Shown: positions 1 through 9,748, counted from the first letter of the stretch. The stretch: DNA of 64,000 nucleotides from Candidatus Undinarchaeota archaeon (GCA_964519305.1 CAZFHY010000004.1:122774-186773), one strand, 5' to 3'. A program made the numbers and translations. The notes: generated from the sequence alone by a model not told the origin.

Positions 1-657
1 GAGCTCCTGTAGCCCGCCCAGGGTCATCTGGAGCCCGATGCAGCAGATGAGCACAGCGACGAACCGGGAGATGAACTCCAGCTTGTGAAGGTCGAAGGTC
101 GCTTCAGTGAAGGCCTTGGTCTTCCCCAGGGTCAGTCCGATGACGAACCCGCCCTTGCGGTCCTTCTTGTGACTGCTGGCCGTTGCGAAACGTGTAGCAA
201 TGTACATCACGACGAAGAGCACCGCCAGTGCAGCAAAAGTGTATCCAAGGACCGTGGTGCGACCGATGGCGGGATCGGCCACCTGTGTCAGGAGCACGGT
301 GATGAACCCGGGACCTGTGGAGAGAGGGAAGGCAAGCATCGTCGACAGTGTCTCCACACCCTCGGCCTTCGTGTCCAGTACGCGCTTCGAACCCTTGGTC
401 GCCACGTTGAAGCCCAGGTAGAATACGAGGATCCCACCTACGGTCCGGAGGGTCGGGAGCTTCACGTGGAAGAGCTCCAGCAGGAGGGGACCGGTGACGA
501 TGAAGAAGAGCGAGATGAGCACACATGAGATGGCTGTTATGTGCAGCAGACGTCCCATGTCCTTCTTGGACAGGTCCTTGCCCAGGAACAGCATGACAAA
601 GAACTTGTCCAGGGGATTGATGATGACCAGTAGCTCGAGCAACTGGGCAGGGATCAT
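1..657 (-). CDS. MarC family integral membrane protein (3' end runs off the window; not in the ORF track)
   Basis: My translation from ATG 657: MIPAQLLELLVIINPLDKFFVML...RTVGGILVFYLG...LAFPLSTGPGFITVLL...ISRFVAVLICCIGLQM. The INP, GG and PLxxGPG motifs and several hydrophobic helices match MarC. A TATA-like box lies at 681-689. Confidence 0.8.
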   Translation of the reverse strand, partial: MIPAQLLELLVIINPLDKFFVMLFLGKDLSKKDMGRLLHITAISCVLISLFFIVTGPLLLELFHVKLPTLRTVGGILVFYLGFNVATKGSKRVLDTKAEGVETLSTMLAFPLSTGPGFITVLLTQVADPAIGRTTVLGYTFAALAVLFVVMYIATRFATASSHKKDRKGGFVIGLTLGKTKAFTEATFDLHKLEFISRFVAVLICCIGLQMTLGGLQEL

Positions 658-797
658 GAGGGAGGGCTCGGGCGTTCAGACTTATAAAGCCTGACGTGGG
701 GCTCGATGCGAGACCTCACGAGTAAATACCATACATTTTTGTTATATACTTCGACATATTCACAACTCTTAAATATCATTAACTTGACATTTTTGTC

Positions 798-2993
798 ATG
801 TCACCCCCCAAGGAACGCTCATCATCAAAGAACGAGAAGGCCATGCTGCGGGTGGTGTCCGGAGGCACCTCCGGCGAGCTCCAGGACTTCAAGCCAAGTC
901 GCATCAAGGCATCCCTAATGACGGAGGTGGGTCTCGATGAAGAGACCGCCCATCGCATCGCGTTCAATGTATCGCGCACACTTCACAAGCGTGCTGACCA
1001 GGACGGGGAGGGCGTTTTCAACGTCGAGGAGGTCAGGTCGCTCGTCAACACCCAACTGTGGAAAATGGGTCTCCAGGACGAGGCCCGTAACTACACACGC
1101 CTAGGGCTGTCGGTGTTCGACATCCAGCGCCTCCTGGACGGGAGCCACGACTGGTTCCAGGAGAACGGTAACCTCACACCTGACGTGAACACGGTGCAGA
1201 AGTTCATGAGCGATATGCTCCTAAAAGAGTACACCCTGAAATATCTCATCCCCCAGCGTATAGGTGACGAGCACGCTCTCGCGCACCTGGACGGACGCAT
1301 CCATATCCACGACCTCGACTACTTCATGCTCCGCCCCTACTGCTCCAACCTCGATCTCCGACTCCTCCTCCGGAAGGGATTCGCCGTCCCTGCTGGTGGT
1401 GCGGTCTCCAAGCCCCCCAAGCACCTTGGTGTGGCAGCAGTGGCCGCCGCTAACTTCCTGGCCATCATGCAGACACAGATGGCCGGCGGTGTTGGCTATT
1501 CTTACTGGAACATGTTCCTTGCGCCGTTCCTGGCACGCAGTGACGCCCGTGATAAGTACCGTGCAGCACGCCAGGCGGTCCAGACCTTCATCTTCCAGGT
1601 GGGTCAGCTCTGGGGTGCCTACCGCGGCTCCCAGCTCATCTTCGCCGATATCGACTTCGTCTCCAACATACCACGCATCTGGCAGGACGTGCCGGCCGTT
1701 CTGCCCGGAGGCCACGTATCGGACGGGCTCACCTATGGCGACTTCGAGGAGGAGGCGCGCATCCTCATGCGTGCAGCGCTCCACGAATACTATGACGGCG
1801 ACGGTTCAGGGGCGCCCTTCAAGTTCCCCAAGCCCGCATTCAAGATCACGGAGAGAACGCTCAAGGACGATCTCCTGGACGACATCGCCCGCACCATCGC
1901 CCAGAACGGCACTCCCTACCTCGCCAACGGCGTGCAGTATGATCTGGAGAACAAGTGCATCCAGTGCTGTCGATACGTGACGGACTTCGATGAGTCGGTC
2001 ATCCAGCAGGGCCATTACCTCCGCCTGGGGGCGCTCCAGGTGGTCTCCCTCAACTTCCCCAACGCGGCCCTTCTGGCCAAGGGCGATGACGATAAACTGG
2101 TGGAACAGCTCACCTCCCGTGTGGACCTCGCGCGGGACATCTTCACGACCAAGGCAGAGATCATCAAGAACAAGATCGATAGTGGCATGCTTCCGATCCT
2201 GGGACGGACGGTGTACCCTGACGCCACCGGCGGCTATATCGCTGACAAGAAACGGGACGGTGAACCGCTCTGGAACATCGACCGCCTTGACCGCATCGTG
2301 GGCGTTGTCGGTCTCAACGAGTGCCTCAAGCTCCACACCGACGAGGAGCTGCACGAGAGCGATGATGCCTGGCGGACCGGGCTCAAGCTCGTGCAACAGG
2401 TGAGCGACTACTGCAAGGAGGTCCGGGAAGAGACTGGCGAGCGCATCATCTTCGGCCAGACCCCCGCGGAGTCCGCTGCAGGACGCCTTGCGATGATCGA
2501 CGCTCGTAACCATCCGAACGCCATATCCCAGGGGACGGGAGATGCCAAGTACTACACTAACTCCACCTTCGTGCGCCAGGGGGCCGATGTCCCCCTCCCC
2601 CGGAAGGTCCAGATCGAGTCGGCGTTCCATCCCATGGAGCAGGCAGAGACCATGCTCCACATATGGCTCGGAGAGGCCCACCCCGATCCCGAGGGCATCA
2701 AGACGCTCATCGAGAAGACGGTGCGCAACACGCTAGCGGCCGTGTTCTCGTTCACCAAGGACTTCGCCATATGCATGAGCTGCAACCGCCACTATCCTGT
2801 GGTCGCACCGGAGGACCTCAGGTCGCTCGTGTGCTCATGTGGAAGCCACCGGTTCGATGTGGTGTCGCGGGTGACCGGGTACTACTCATCCATCGGCGTG
2901 TTCGACCGCGGGCAGCTCGTGACCCAGAACTGGAACAACGGGAAGGTGGCGGAGTGGCACGAGCGTCTCCACTACGGCCTGGCGTCCCCGTGA
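798..2993 (+). CDS. nrdD: Anaerobic (class III) ribonucleoside-triphosphate reductase with N-terminal ATP cone
   Basis: ATP-cone-like N-terminus, IHIHDLDY..PYC, QCCR thiyl loop, TPAESAAGRLA, YYTNS, CxxC..CxC zinc site and the glycyl radical motif SRVTGY. Confidence 0.95.
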   Translation: MSPPKERSSSKNEKAMLRVVSGGTSGELQDFKPSRIKASLMTEVGLDEETAHRIAFNVSRTLHKRADQDGEGVFNVEEVRSLVNTQLWKMGLQDEARNYTRLGLSVFDIQRLLDGSHDWFQENGNLTPDVNTVQKFMSDMLLKEYTLKYLIPQRIGDEHALAHLDGRIHIHDLDYFMLRPYCSNLDLRLLLRKGFAVPAGGAVSKPPKHLGVAAVAAANFLAIMQTQMAGGVGYSYWNMFLAPFLARSDARDKYRAARQAVQTFIFQVGQLWGAYRGSQLIFADIDFVSNIPRIWQDVPAVLPGGHVSDGLTYGDFEEEARILMRAALHEYYDGDGSGAPFKFPKPAFKITERTLKDDLLDDIARTIAQNGTPYLANGVQYDLENKCIQCCRYVTDFDESVIQQGHYLRLGALQVVSLNFPNAALLAKGDDDKLVEQLTSRVDLARDIFTTKAEIIKNKIDSGMLPILGRTVYPDATGGYIADKKRDGEPLWNIDRLDRIVGVVGLNECLKLHTDEELHESDDAWRTGLKLVQQVSDYCKEVREETGERIIFGQTPAESAAGRLAMIDARNHPNAISQGTGDAKYYTNSTFVRQGADVPLPRKVQIESAFHPMEQAETMLHIWLGEAHPDPEGIKTLIEKTVRNTLAAVFSFTKDFAICMSCNRHYPVVAPEDLRSLVCSCGSHRFDVVSRVTGYYSSIGVFDRGQLVTQNWNNGKVAEWHERLHYGLASP

Positions 2994-3006
2994 AATGTAA
3001 AGCCAC

Positions 3007-3301
3007 GTGAACTACCCCTCGCGTAGTAGAGGGGCTTCCCGCTTCGACGCTGTTCCCAGCTCCACGGGCGCATCGGGTGGTCCCCACCCGGATCGATCCT
3101 GAATGATGATCGCTGCGTTCAGGTCGCGGTCTATCGTTAGCTCGCTGTTCCAGCAGCTACGTACTCGAGCCGATAATCCTTCTTAACTAGCATGCCGCAC
3201 CGGCTGCATATCTGAGTGGTGTTCTTCGAATCAACCAGTACTACCTTCCCACCAGCCTCTTCCGCTTTGTAGGTCGTGTACTGGAGGAGTTGGTTCCAGG
3301 A
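3007..3301 (-). pseudogene. tnpB: Decayed IS200/IS605-family tnpB 3' fragment with element right end
   Basis: The minus strand reads SWNQLLQYTTYKAEEAGGKVVLVDSKNTTQICSRCGMLVKKD, has a 1-nt frameshift near 3175, then continues LSARVRSCWNSELTIDRDLNAA...KREAPLLREG. A subterminal hairpin CCCCTC-N8-GAGGGG (3015-3034) is followed by TAGTTCAC. Confidence 0.9.
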
Positions 3302-3548
3302 ACAATAACAAGGGACTTTGCATTGGCCGGACCTAAGTCTGCAGGATGTGATTGCTGGTTTTAGTACAATAATCGTCCTTGGTTATGACCCCCAATAGAT
3401 AATTGGCCGTTCATCATTATTTATCAGAGGGAGGTGGCGTACCGGTACTCGTCCGGCAAGTAACTTTCAGGTCCATCCCCACCCTCTCGAAAGGTGACTT
3501 CCCGCCGAAACAAAAAAGAGTTAAAGGGTGGCCCGTTCACGGGGGACC

Positions 3549-3908
3549 ATGGGAGATGAGGAGTCAGTGCAGGAGGGTGCATGGCCCGAGAGCGTGCCAG
3601 ACCTCACCGAAGATAGCTTCGAATCGTTCATCACGAAGTATGACAAGGTCGTCGTCGACTGCTGGGCTGAGTGGTGCGGGCCCTGCAAGATGATGGGTCC
3701 CGTGATCGACAAGATGGCCGAGGACCACAAGGGCAGCATCGCTTTCGCCAAGCTCAACGTGGACAAGAACAGCTCGGTGTCCACCAAGTACGCCATCATG
3801 GCGATCCCTGCGTTCCTGGTGTTCAAGAACGGCGAGTTCGTCAACAGCATCGTGGGGGCGCTCCCCCAGGCCTCGATGGAGGCTAAGCTGGACAAGCTGT
3901 TCGGGTGA
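3549..3908 (+). CDS. trxA: Thioredoxin
   Basis: WAEWCGPC active site, FAKLNVD and AIP motifs. ATG 3549 is preferred because it lies about 21 nt after a TTAAA box. Confidence 0.95.
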   Translation: MGDEESVQEGAWPESVPDLTEDSFESFITKYDKVVVDCWAEWCGPCKMMGPVIDKMAEDHKGSIAFAKLNVDKNSSVSTKYAIMAIPAFLVFKNGEFVNSIVGALPQASMEAKLDKLFG

Positions 3909-4096
3909 TCCCTTTGTCCGTCTCGGTCGATAAGGACGTCTGTATAGGCTGTGGCCTCTGCACCAGTGTGTGCGAAGAGGTCTTCGAGCTAGGCGACGAC
4001 GGGAAGTCCCAGGTCATCGATGGGGCCGACACGTCACTATCATGTGTCGAGGACGCTGCGGACCAGTGTCCAGCTTCCGCTATTACCGTTGAATAG
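3905..4096 (+). CDS. Small monocluster ferredoxin
   Basis: CIGCGLC...CP motif in a 63 aa acidic protein; the GTG start overlaps the thioredoxin stop. Confidence 0.9.
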   Translation: MIPLSVSVDKDVCIGCGLCTSVCEEVFELGDDGKSQVIDGADTSLSCVEDAADQCPASAITVE

Positions 4097-4117
4097 CGGT
4101 CTGGCACACCCGCGAGC

Positions 4118-5929
4118 CTAGATGTCGTAGCTGACGTCCCGCTCCTGGATGGCCACGTCCACGGTGTCACCGTAGTTAGCGGCCAGCCGCTCGTGGAACG
4201 CCTCGAGCTGGTCAGGATCACCGTGCACGAGGTGGACGTTGGGTGTCTGCCCGTACTCCTTCGAAACGAAGTCCGCATACGTGTCCACGCGCTCGTCCAG
4301 GTCGGACATGTCCGCATGCCCGCTGTACAGGCCGTTGAGGGCCGCGGTCTCACTGTGCACGGGGTAGGTGCCCCTGATGTACTGCATGTCCTGGTTAGGC
4401 CCATCGCCCACGGGCTTGTTGAACCTGAGCGAGACAGTGTCCTCCCCGTCGAGGAGGGAGCGTCCGGGGGTTCCGTCGCCCTGGTAGCCGACCGTTATGA
4501 CGGTGGCCGACGGGTCCATGAGCACCCGTGACGCATAGAAGGGGGACTTCCCTCCCGTGATCATGCCCGATGCCGCCAGGACGATCTTCACATCGTCCCT
4601 GGGCGGACCGTTCCTGTCGTCGATGTCGCGCGCCAGGTAGATATTGGGTGAGTCGAAGATATGCTTCATACCGAAGCGCTTGAGGTCCGCGTTCGTCTTG
4701 TCACTGTACTCCTCGCGGTGCTTGCTGTAGATCTCGGTGGCAGCCTCTCCCAGGGACGAGTCGATGACGAGCGATACATCCTTGGGGATCTGGCCTTCCT
4801 TCTGAAGTCGGATGATGTCCCAAGCGACCTCTTGGAGCCGGTCCACTGAGAACACCGGAATGAGAACGTGACCCTTCTCGGCACCCAGAGGGTAGTCACC
4901 GCGTCCCGAAAGAAGGTCCTTGCTGACCTCCAACTGGTCATTGAGCGCATCGGGACCGTATTCTTTTATGATCGCCCGTCGCTCCCGACCTCCGCGAGCA
5001 TGGCGGAGCTTCTCCTCCATCTCGGCGAGGCGGGCCTCGACGTGCTTCTGATGCCCTTTTAGGACGCTCCTGCGTCCGCTGGTGTCCTGGGCATTCTGGT
5101 AAGCGGAGTTGAGGACGTCTGCGAGCTTGGACGTGTCCGACTTGTCCTGGTGCTCGCGGGCGCCGTATGTCGATTCGATGAGCATGATGTTCTCGGTGAC
5201 ATCCTTATGGATCCCGACATCCTCGGGCCGCAGGGGTTTGTACTCCGGGTCCTTGAGAATGGGATGTCCTCCCTTCCCCAGGTCGCCGGTGACGTACATG
5301 TAGGTGAGCTTCTCGCCCTCCTCGATGAACAGCTGGACCGATGATGAACCGCCGATATGGCCGGCGTTCTGGAACACGGCGGTGACGCGGTTGTCGCCCT
5401 TCTCAAGAGTGTAGACCTCCCCGCGGTCAATTGGATGGAACTGTCCGGCCAGGTCGTAGATGTCCTGCTCACCGTACATGGGCTCCTTGGTCCAGCCCTT
5501 CTGCTTGATGGGGCGTAGCTCGTTCACCCGTTCACACTCTTGCTCCTGGATCCGGGCGGAATCGGCGTTGATCTCCTTGGCCAGTTCCAGGCTCGCAGGC
5601 GTGCCGACGACCTCGCCAGCGAAGCCTTCGTGAATGAGATAGCCCAACTTACCGCTGTGGTCGAAGTGAGCGTGGGTGAGCATCACGGCGTCCAGCTCCT
5701 GGTAGGGTACGCCGTTAGGTACGCGGTTGGTCTCGTTCCAGTGGCCGTCAGGGCCCTCTAGCTGGGATTCGAACCAGTTCTTGGTCGGATCGATCTTGTC
5801 GACACCCTTGCCTTGGAACATCCCCGCATCGATGAGCAGTTCGATCTTGTCATCGCCCGTGCCCACCTCAAGGTAATGTTCGGACCCGGTTACGACGCCC
5901 GCAGCACCTTTAGAGGTCAGTTTCGCCAT
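4118..5929 (-). CDS. MBL-fold metallo-hydrolase, beta-CASP ribonuclease family
   Basis: VTGS, LLIDAG, THAHFDHSG, AGHIGGS, GDLG, ESTYG, ASGM, SGHAD and VHGD motifs. Confidence 0.9.
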   Translation of the reverse strand: MAKLTSKGAAGVVTGSEHYLEVGTGDDKIELLIDAGMFQGKGVDKIDPTKNWFESQLEGPDGHWNETNRVPNGVPYQELDAVMLTHAHFDHSGKLGYLIHEGFAGEVVGTPASLELAKEINADSARIQEQECERVNELRPIKQKGWTKEPMYGEQDIYDLAGQFHPIDRGEVYTLEKGDNRVTAVFQNAGHIGGSSSVQLFIEEGEKLTYMYVTGDLGKGGHPILKDPEYKPLRPEDVGIHKDVTENIMLIESTYGAREHQDKSDTSKLADVLNSAYQNAQDTSGRRSVLKGHQKHVEARLAEMEEKLRHARGGRERRAIIKEYGPDALNDQLEVSKDLLSGRGDYPLGAEKGHVLIPVFSVDRLQEVAWDIIRLQKEGQIPKDVSLVIDSSLGEAATEIYSKHREEYSDKTNADLKRFGMKHIFDSPNIYLARDIDDRNGPPRDDVKIVLAASGMITGGKSPFYASRVLMDPSATVITVGYQGDGTPGRSLLDGEDTVSLRFNKPVGDGPNQDMQYIRGTYPVHSETAALNGLYSGHADMSDLDERVDTYADFVSKEYGQTPNVHLVHGDPDQLEAFHERLAANYGDTVDVAIQERDVSYDI

Positions 5930-6152
5930 GGTAGACCCATCCGTTCCGTCCGCACGAAAAAATGCACCCTAGCCGCCTTATATACGTTACCTTTTTCAGG
6001 TAGTGACAATTATTGTCATCGAGTGATCATATGCGAGAGTGCCCTCCAAGTCCGGGTAAAGTGTCGATGAATGCGAGCCCTTGAGAGCTCCGGGCGGATG
6101 GCCGAGGATAACATTTATTAACGACCTTACCTGCAGGGGAGTACATCAGGCT

Positions 6153-6923
6153 ATGCCTGAAGGGGTAGTGGGTACAACGGACGTGAGCTATTCTCTCAAC
6201 GGGCCGGAGCATGATGAACAGGACAAGAGCTCGGCCTATATCGATTGGGACCTCGACCGTGCCATCCATAAGGAGTCGTGGTGGGAGGACGACCAGGCCG
6301 AGATCAACGAGGCCCTCGCCGCCCCCTACGGTGTCGGTCACAACGACCGGTACATCTGCATCGATGATGCATACAAGGTCAACATCGGCCGTGAGAAGTA
6401 CCTGCGTATCGCCCTCGTTGAGTTCGAGAAAGGCGAGGACATGACCCCCTACCTCCAGGGCGACCGCGATGCATTCCGAGAGAAGATGAAGGAAGGCAAG
6501 TTCCGACAGATCGACATCGTCATGGACTCCTGGAAGCCCTACGAGGACGATTTCGTCGCCGACGTCACCAACAAGGCCATCGCAGAGATGGCTCACGGTG
6601 AGGCCGTGGACATCTACGCGTGCAATTTCTTCAAGCCCTACATCGGCGGGCAGCACGACGACATCGTGTTCGCTTCGGGCCACAGGCGTAACCAGTACAG
6701 GCGGTACGTCAAGACCGCCGACGTGGCCACGAAGTGGATGGACGACGGCGAGCCCTCGCTCGCCGAGTTCGTTAAGGAGGTGGACAGGTTCTGGAAGGAC
6801 AATCCCGGCGTCAGGGGCCATGAGACCTTCGACCTCAACGGGCGCACCGTCCATGTCTCTGATGAGGTGCGCAAGCACTACCACTCCCTCAACGAGGAGC
6901 CGGCCCACGCCCGTGCGGCCTAG
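6153..6923 (+). CDS. Hypothetical protein, paralog of 7018..7761
   Basis: Long ORF with genome-typical codon use; shares DRYICIDDAYKV, RQID, YACNFF and FASGHRRN with the next gene. The start is uncertain. Confidence 0.8.
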   Translation: MPEGVVGTTDVSYSLNGPEHDEQDKSSAYIDWDLDRAIHKESWWEDDQAEINEALAAPYGVGHNDRYICIDDAYKVNIGREKYLRIALVEFEKGEDMTPYLQGDRDAFREKMKEGKFRQIDIVMDSWKPYEDDFVADVTNKAIAEMAHGEAVDIYACNFFKPYIGGQHDDIVFASGHRRNQYRRYVKTADVATKWMDDGEPSLAEFVKEVDRFWKDNPGVRGHETFDLNGRTVHVSDEVRKHYHSLNEEPAHARAA

Positions 6924-7017
6924 GTGGACCAATGGTCACCAAAAACAACACTTAATAGGCAGCGCCCTCACGATTCGCCACATCCGGGACATCCCGGAGC
7001 GGACGGGTTAACCATAG

Positions 7018-7761
7018 ATGACCTACATCCTAGATGAGGCCGATAGCGCCACGATGGAGACGGGAACAGCTTACCTAGAGCCCGTGCTCCCCCAGGTCCT
7101 CGGCCCAGGGCATCCCGACGAGACCGACCCTGCCTGGATCGAGCGTCTCATCAAGCAGCCCTATAACGAGGGCCGGCGCGACCGGTACATCTGTATCGAT
7201 GATGCCTACAAGGTGAAGATGGGCGATGAGTGGTTCGTCCGTGTGGCCGTCGCATCGTTCGAGAAGGGTGAGGACATCAGACCTTACCTGTATGGGGACC
7301 AGGATGCGTTCAAGCGGAAGATGGAGGACGGTTCTCTCCGTCAGATCGACATGATCATAGACTCGTGGGAACCCACTGAGGACTACTTCGTCGGCACCAT
7401 GACACAGCGGGCCATCGAGGAACTGGCAGACGGTGAACGAGTGGATGTCTACGCCTGTAACTTCTTCCGCGACTACCTCGAGACCGGTCACCCTAACTAT
7501 ACGTTCGCCTCGGGTCACCGACGGAACCGCCACCAGCGGTTCGTGAAGCTCGCCGATGCTGCAAGTAAGTGGATGGACAAGGACGAACCCGTGATCGTGG
7601 ACTACGTGAACGCCGTAAGGGACCACTGGGAGGAGAATCCCCAGCTCAAGGGCGAGGAGTCGTTCACGTTCGGGAAGCGCGAGGTGCTGGTCTCTCCCGA
7701 GGTCCAGAAGCGGTACGACGGTCCTTTCCACAAGCTACGTTCTCTGTCCAAGGCAGCGTGA
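7018..7761 (+). CDS. Hypothetical protein, paralog of 6153..6923
   Basis: Same conserved blocks as the upstream gene. Confidence 0.8.
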   Translation: MTYILDEADSATMETGTAYLEPVLPQVLGPGHPDETDPAWIERLIKQPYNEGRRDRYICIDDAYKVKMGDEWFVRVAVASFEKGEDIRPYLYGDQDAFKRKMEDGSLRQIDMIIDSWEPTEDYFVGTMTQRAIEELADGERVDVYACNFFRDYLETGHPNYTFASGHRRNRHQRFVKLADAASKWMDKDEPVIVDYVNAVRDHWEENPQLKGEESFTFGKREVLVSPEVQKRYDGPFHKLRSLSKAA

Positions 7762-7889
7762 ACGCTGTACGGAGGCCTTGTCGAATAACATCTGATATTT
7801 GTTAGGAGCCCGGAATAGGTCTTCACAGGCTCTATTCTTACCATACTCATTAGTAAGACTTAAATACCGAACGGTATCCGGAGCCCCCA

Positions 7890-8344
7890 TGATGATCGAA
7901 AACTCGTATGAAAACCAGGACAATGAGGCGGTCGCCCACCTAATGTACGTCCAGGAGGTGGAGAGGCCTGGTGTCGATGATCAGTCCCTCTATCAACGTC
8001 CGGAGCGCTCTGGTAACTTCCCCATCGACCTGGTCCTCATAGCACAGACCGTTGGCCAGCACCACCCGGAGCCCTTCGGCACCTATCGTGTAGAGCCCTA
8101 CGAGCGGATCACGGATAGCGAGCACGGTAGTGTTGTCGAGCGAGGCGTGGCGCTGGAGTACGTCGGTTGTGAGGACGGTCTTATCGAGCTGGTCACCGAG
8201 ATCGCCGCCGCAGGGTACGGCCTTCCAGAGGTCAAGGAGGCCTTTGCCGATCCGCTGCGGCCCGAGGGGTCCAGGCGTGGATACCAAGCCGTGCTGGAGA
8301 CCGCGCTCTCAATCTCAAAGGACAAGAACAATCCTTCCCGCTGA
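7890..8344 (+). CDS. Hypothetical acidic protein
   Basis: The ORF fills the gap; ATG follows a CTTAAATA box near 7859. No recognisable motif. Confidence 0.55.
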
Positions 8345-8350
8345 GCGACA

Positions 8351-9685
8351 CTAAGGAGTCCGGACCTTCCAGATGCGCTTGCCCTTGTGAGCATCTTGGA
8401 GGTATGCCAGATAGGACGCGCACATCGCACGTCGCTCGGGGTGTAGCAGGTCGCGTACCGGGCACTGGTCCATGAGACCTAGGTCGATGACCGTCGGATC
8501 ACAGAACGCCCCGAATGACAGGAGCACCAGGTCACTGTCCAGGGATGTCTGCCGACCTACGAGGGCAGCGAGCACGCGCTGGAGGGCCGAGGCGCCGAGC
8601 CCCATGGCCTCGCGGCCGGTAAGGTGAGGCGCAGCCGCTGCCGACAGCCTGGCGGTCGCCAGGGCCGGGTAGGTGCTCCAGAGGTGCGCTGTCCGCTCCA
8701 CGGCACTTGCGAGAGCGTCCACGTCCGCCACATCGTGCACAGGCACCAGTTCCTCCCCGTGACGCACCAGGGGATAGATAAGGTCTGCCGGGCACCAGCG
8801 CTGACCAGCTAGGCGAAGGAAGGCCGCTAGTACCTTCTGGAAGGCGACCACTCTTGCCATGGTCACCGCACCATCGGTAGATCCGGTGGCCAGAGCAATC
8901 AGCTCGTCTGGGCGCAAAGGCTGTACCCGTCGTTCCTTCGGTCCAGGTCGGAATGCGTATGACCGGAAGGAGATCCCCCGCACGCAAGGACTCCGTGAGG
9001 CAAGCTCCATGAGCATGCCGAAGGGACGTTCGTTCACGCCCGACACCACAACTGACTCGATGAAGGCAGTGGCTCCCAGAGTGTCCAGATTGTCGAGTGC
9101 CGTGAGCTTGGCGTCCAGTACATCGGATCCCCGCAGGCGGGCCAGGACGGCCGGATCAAGGGTGTCGAGCTCTAGTCGCACCTCGCGGACGCCGGCGTTC
9201 ACAAGCGCCCGTGCATAGGCGGGATCGACAAGCCTTAGGCCATTGGTGAACACGACGGGTTCGCCCCCGGCATCGCGTATAGCGGACACTATCTCGAACA
9301 GGTCCGCACGCTCAGTGGGTTCGCCACCGAACACGCTCACACGGGGCGCATGCAGCCCCTCAAGTGCTGAGCGCACCTCGAAGACCGAGGGCTCATGGTA
9401 GCCGTCCAGACACTGGTTGGTAAAACAGGTGGGGCATTGCTCTTGGCACCGGGGAGTCACATAGAGAGAGTAGCTCTCCCCGCCGCCACGGCCCAGCCCG
9501 AGACGCTCTCGCAGAGGCAGCAGCTCGCGAAGTGCCATGCCTTCCCGGGCGAGGAGCACCTCTACGGGCCCATGGTCCTCGCATTCCTTTTCCATTACTA
9601 CGATATCTCCCCGGTCGACTATGCGGGCCTCGACCTCCCGCAGGCAGGTCGGGCATACGCTCCGGGTGAGGCGAAGTAGTTCCAT
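8351..9685 (-). CDS. Radical SAM protein with Tes/MJ0619-like N-terminal metal-binding domain
   Basis: TRSVCPTC...MEKECEDHG N-terminal domain, CQEQCPTC cluster motif, GGEPT, TNG and C-terminal FCD...C...C. Start reassigned to ATG 9685. Confidence 0.8.
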   Translation of the reverse strand: MELLRLTRSVCPTCLREVEARIVDRGDIVVMEKECEDHGPVEVLLAREGMALRELLPLRERLGLGRGGGESYSLYVTPRCQEQCPTCFTNQCLDGYHEPSVFEVRSALEGLHAPRVSVFGGEPTERADLFEIVSAIRDAGGEPVVFTNGLRLVDPAYARALVNAGVREVRLELDTLDPAVLARLRGSDVLDAKLTALDNLDTLGATAFIESVVVSGVNERPFGMLMELASRSPCVRGISFRSYAFRPGPKERRVQPLRPDELIALATGSTDGAVTMARVVAFQKVLAAFLRLAGQRWCPADLIYPLVRHGEELVPVHDVADVDALASAVERTAHLWSTYPALATARLSAAAAPHLTGREAMGLGASALQRVLAALVGRQTSLDSDLVLLSFGAFCDPTVIDLGLMDQCPVRDLLHPERRAMCASYLAYLQDAHKGKRIWKVRTP

Positions 9686-9748
9686 GAAGGCCCCTGAACA
9701 AGGATGGGCTCGACCCATTTTTAAATCTTCGCGCACCTCTCCCGGTCC

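Noticed and set aside
3302-3500. AT-rich stretch beside the tnpB relic as the rest of the IS element
   Set aside because: I could not read tnpA, further tnpB sequence or a left-end hairpin there.
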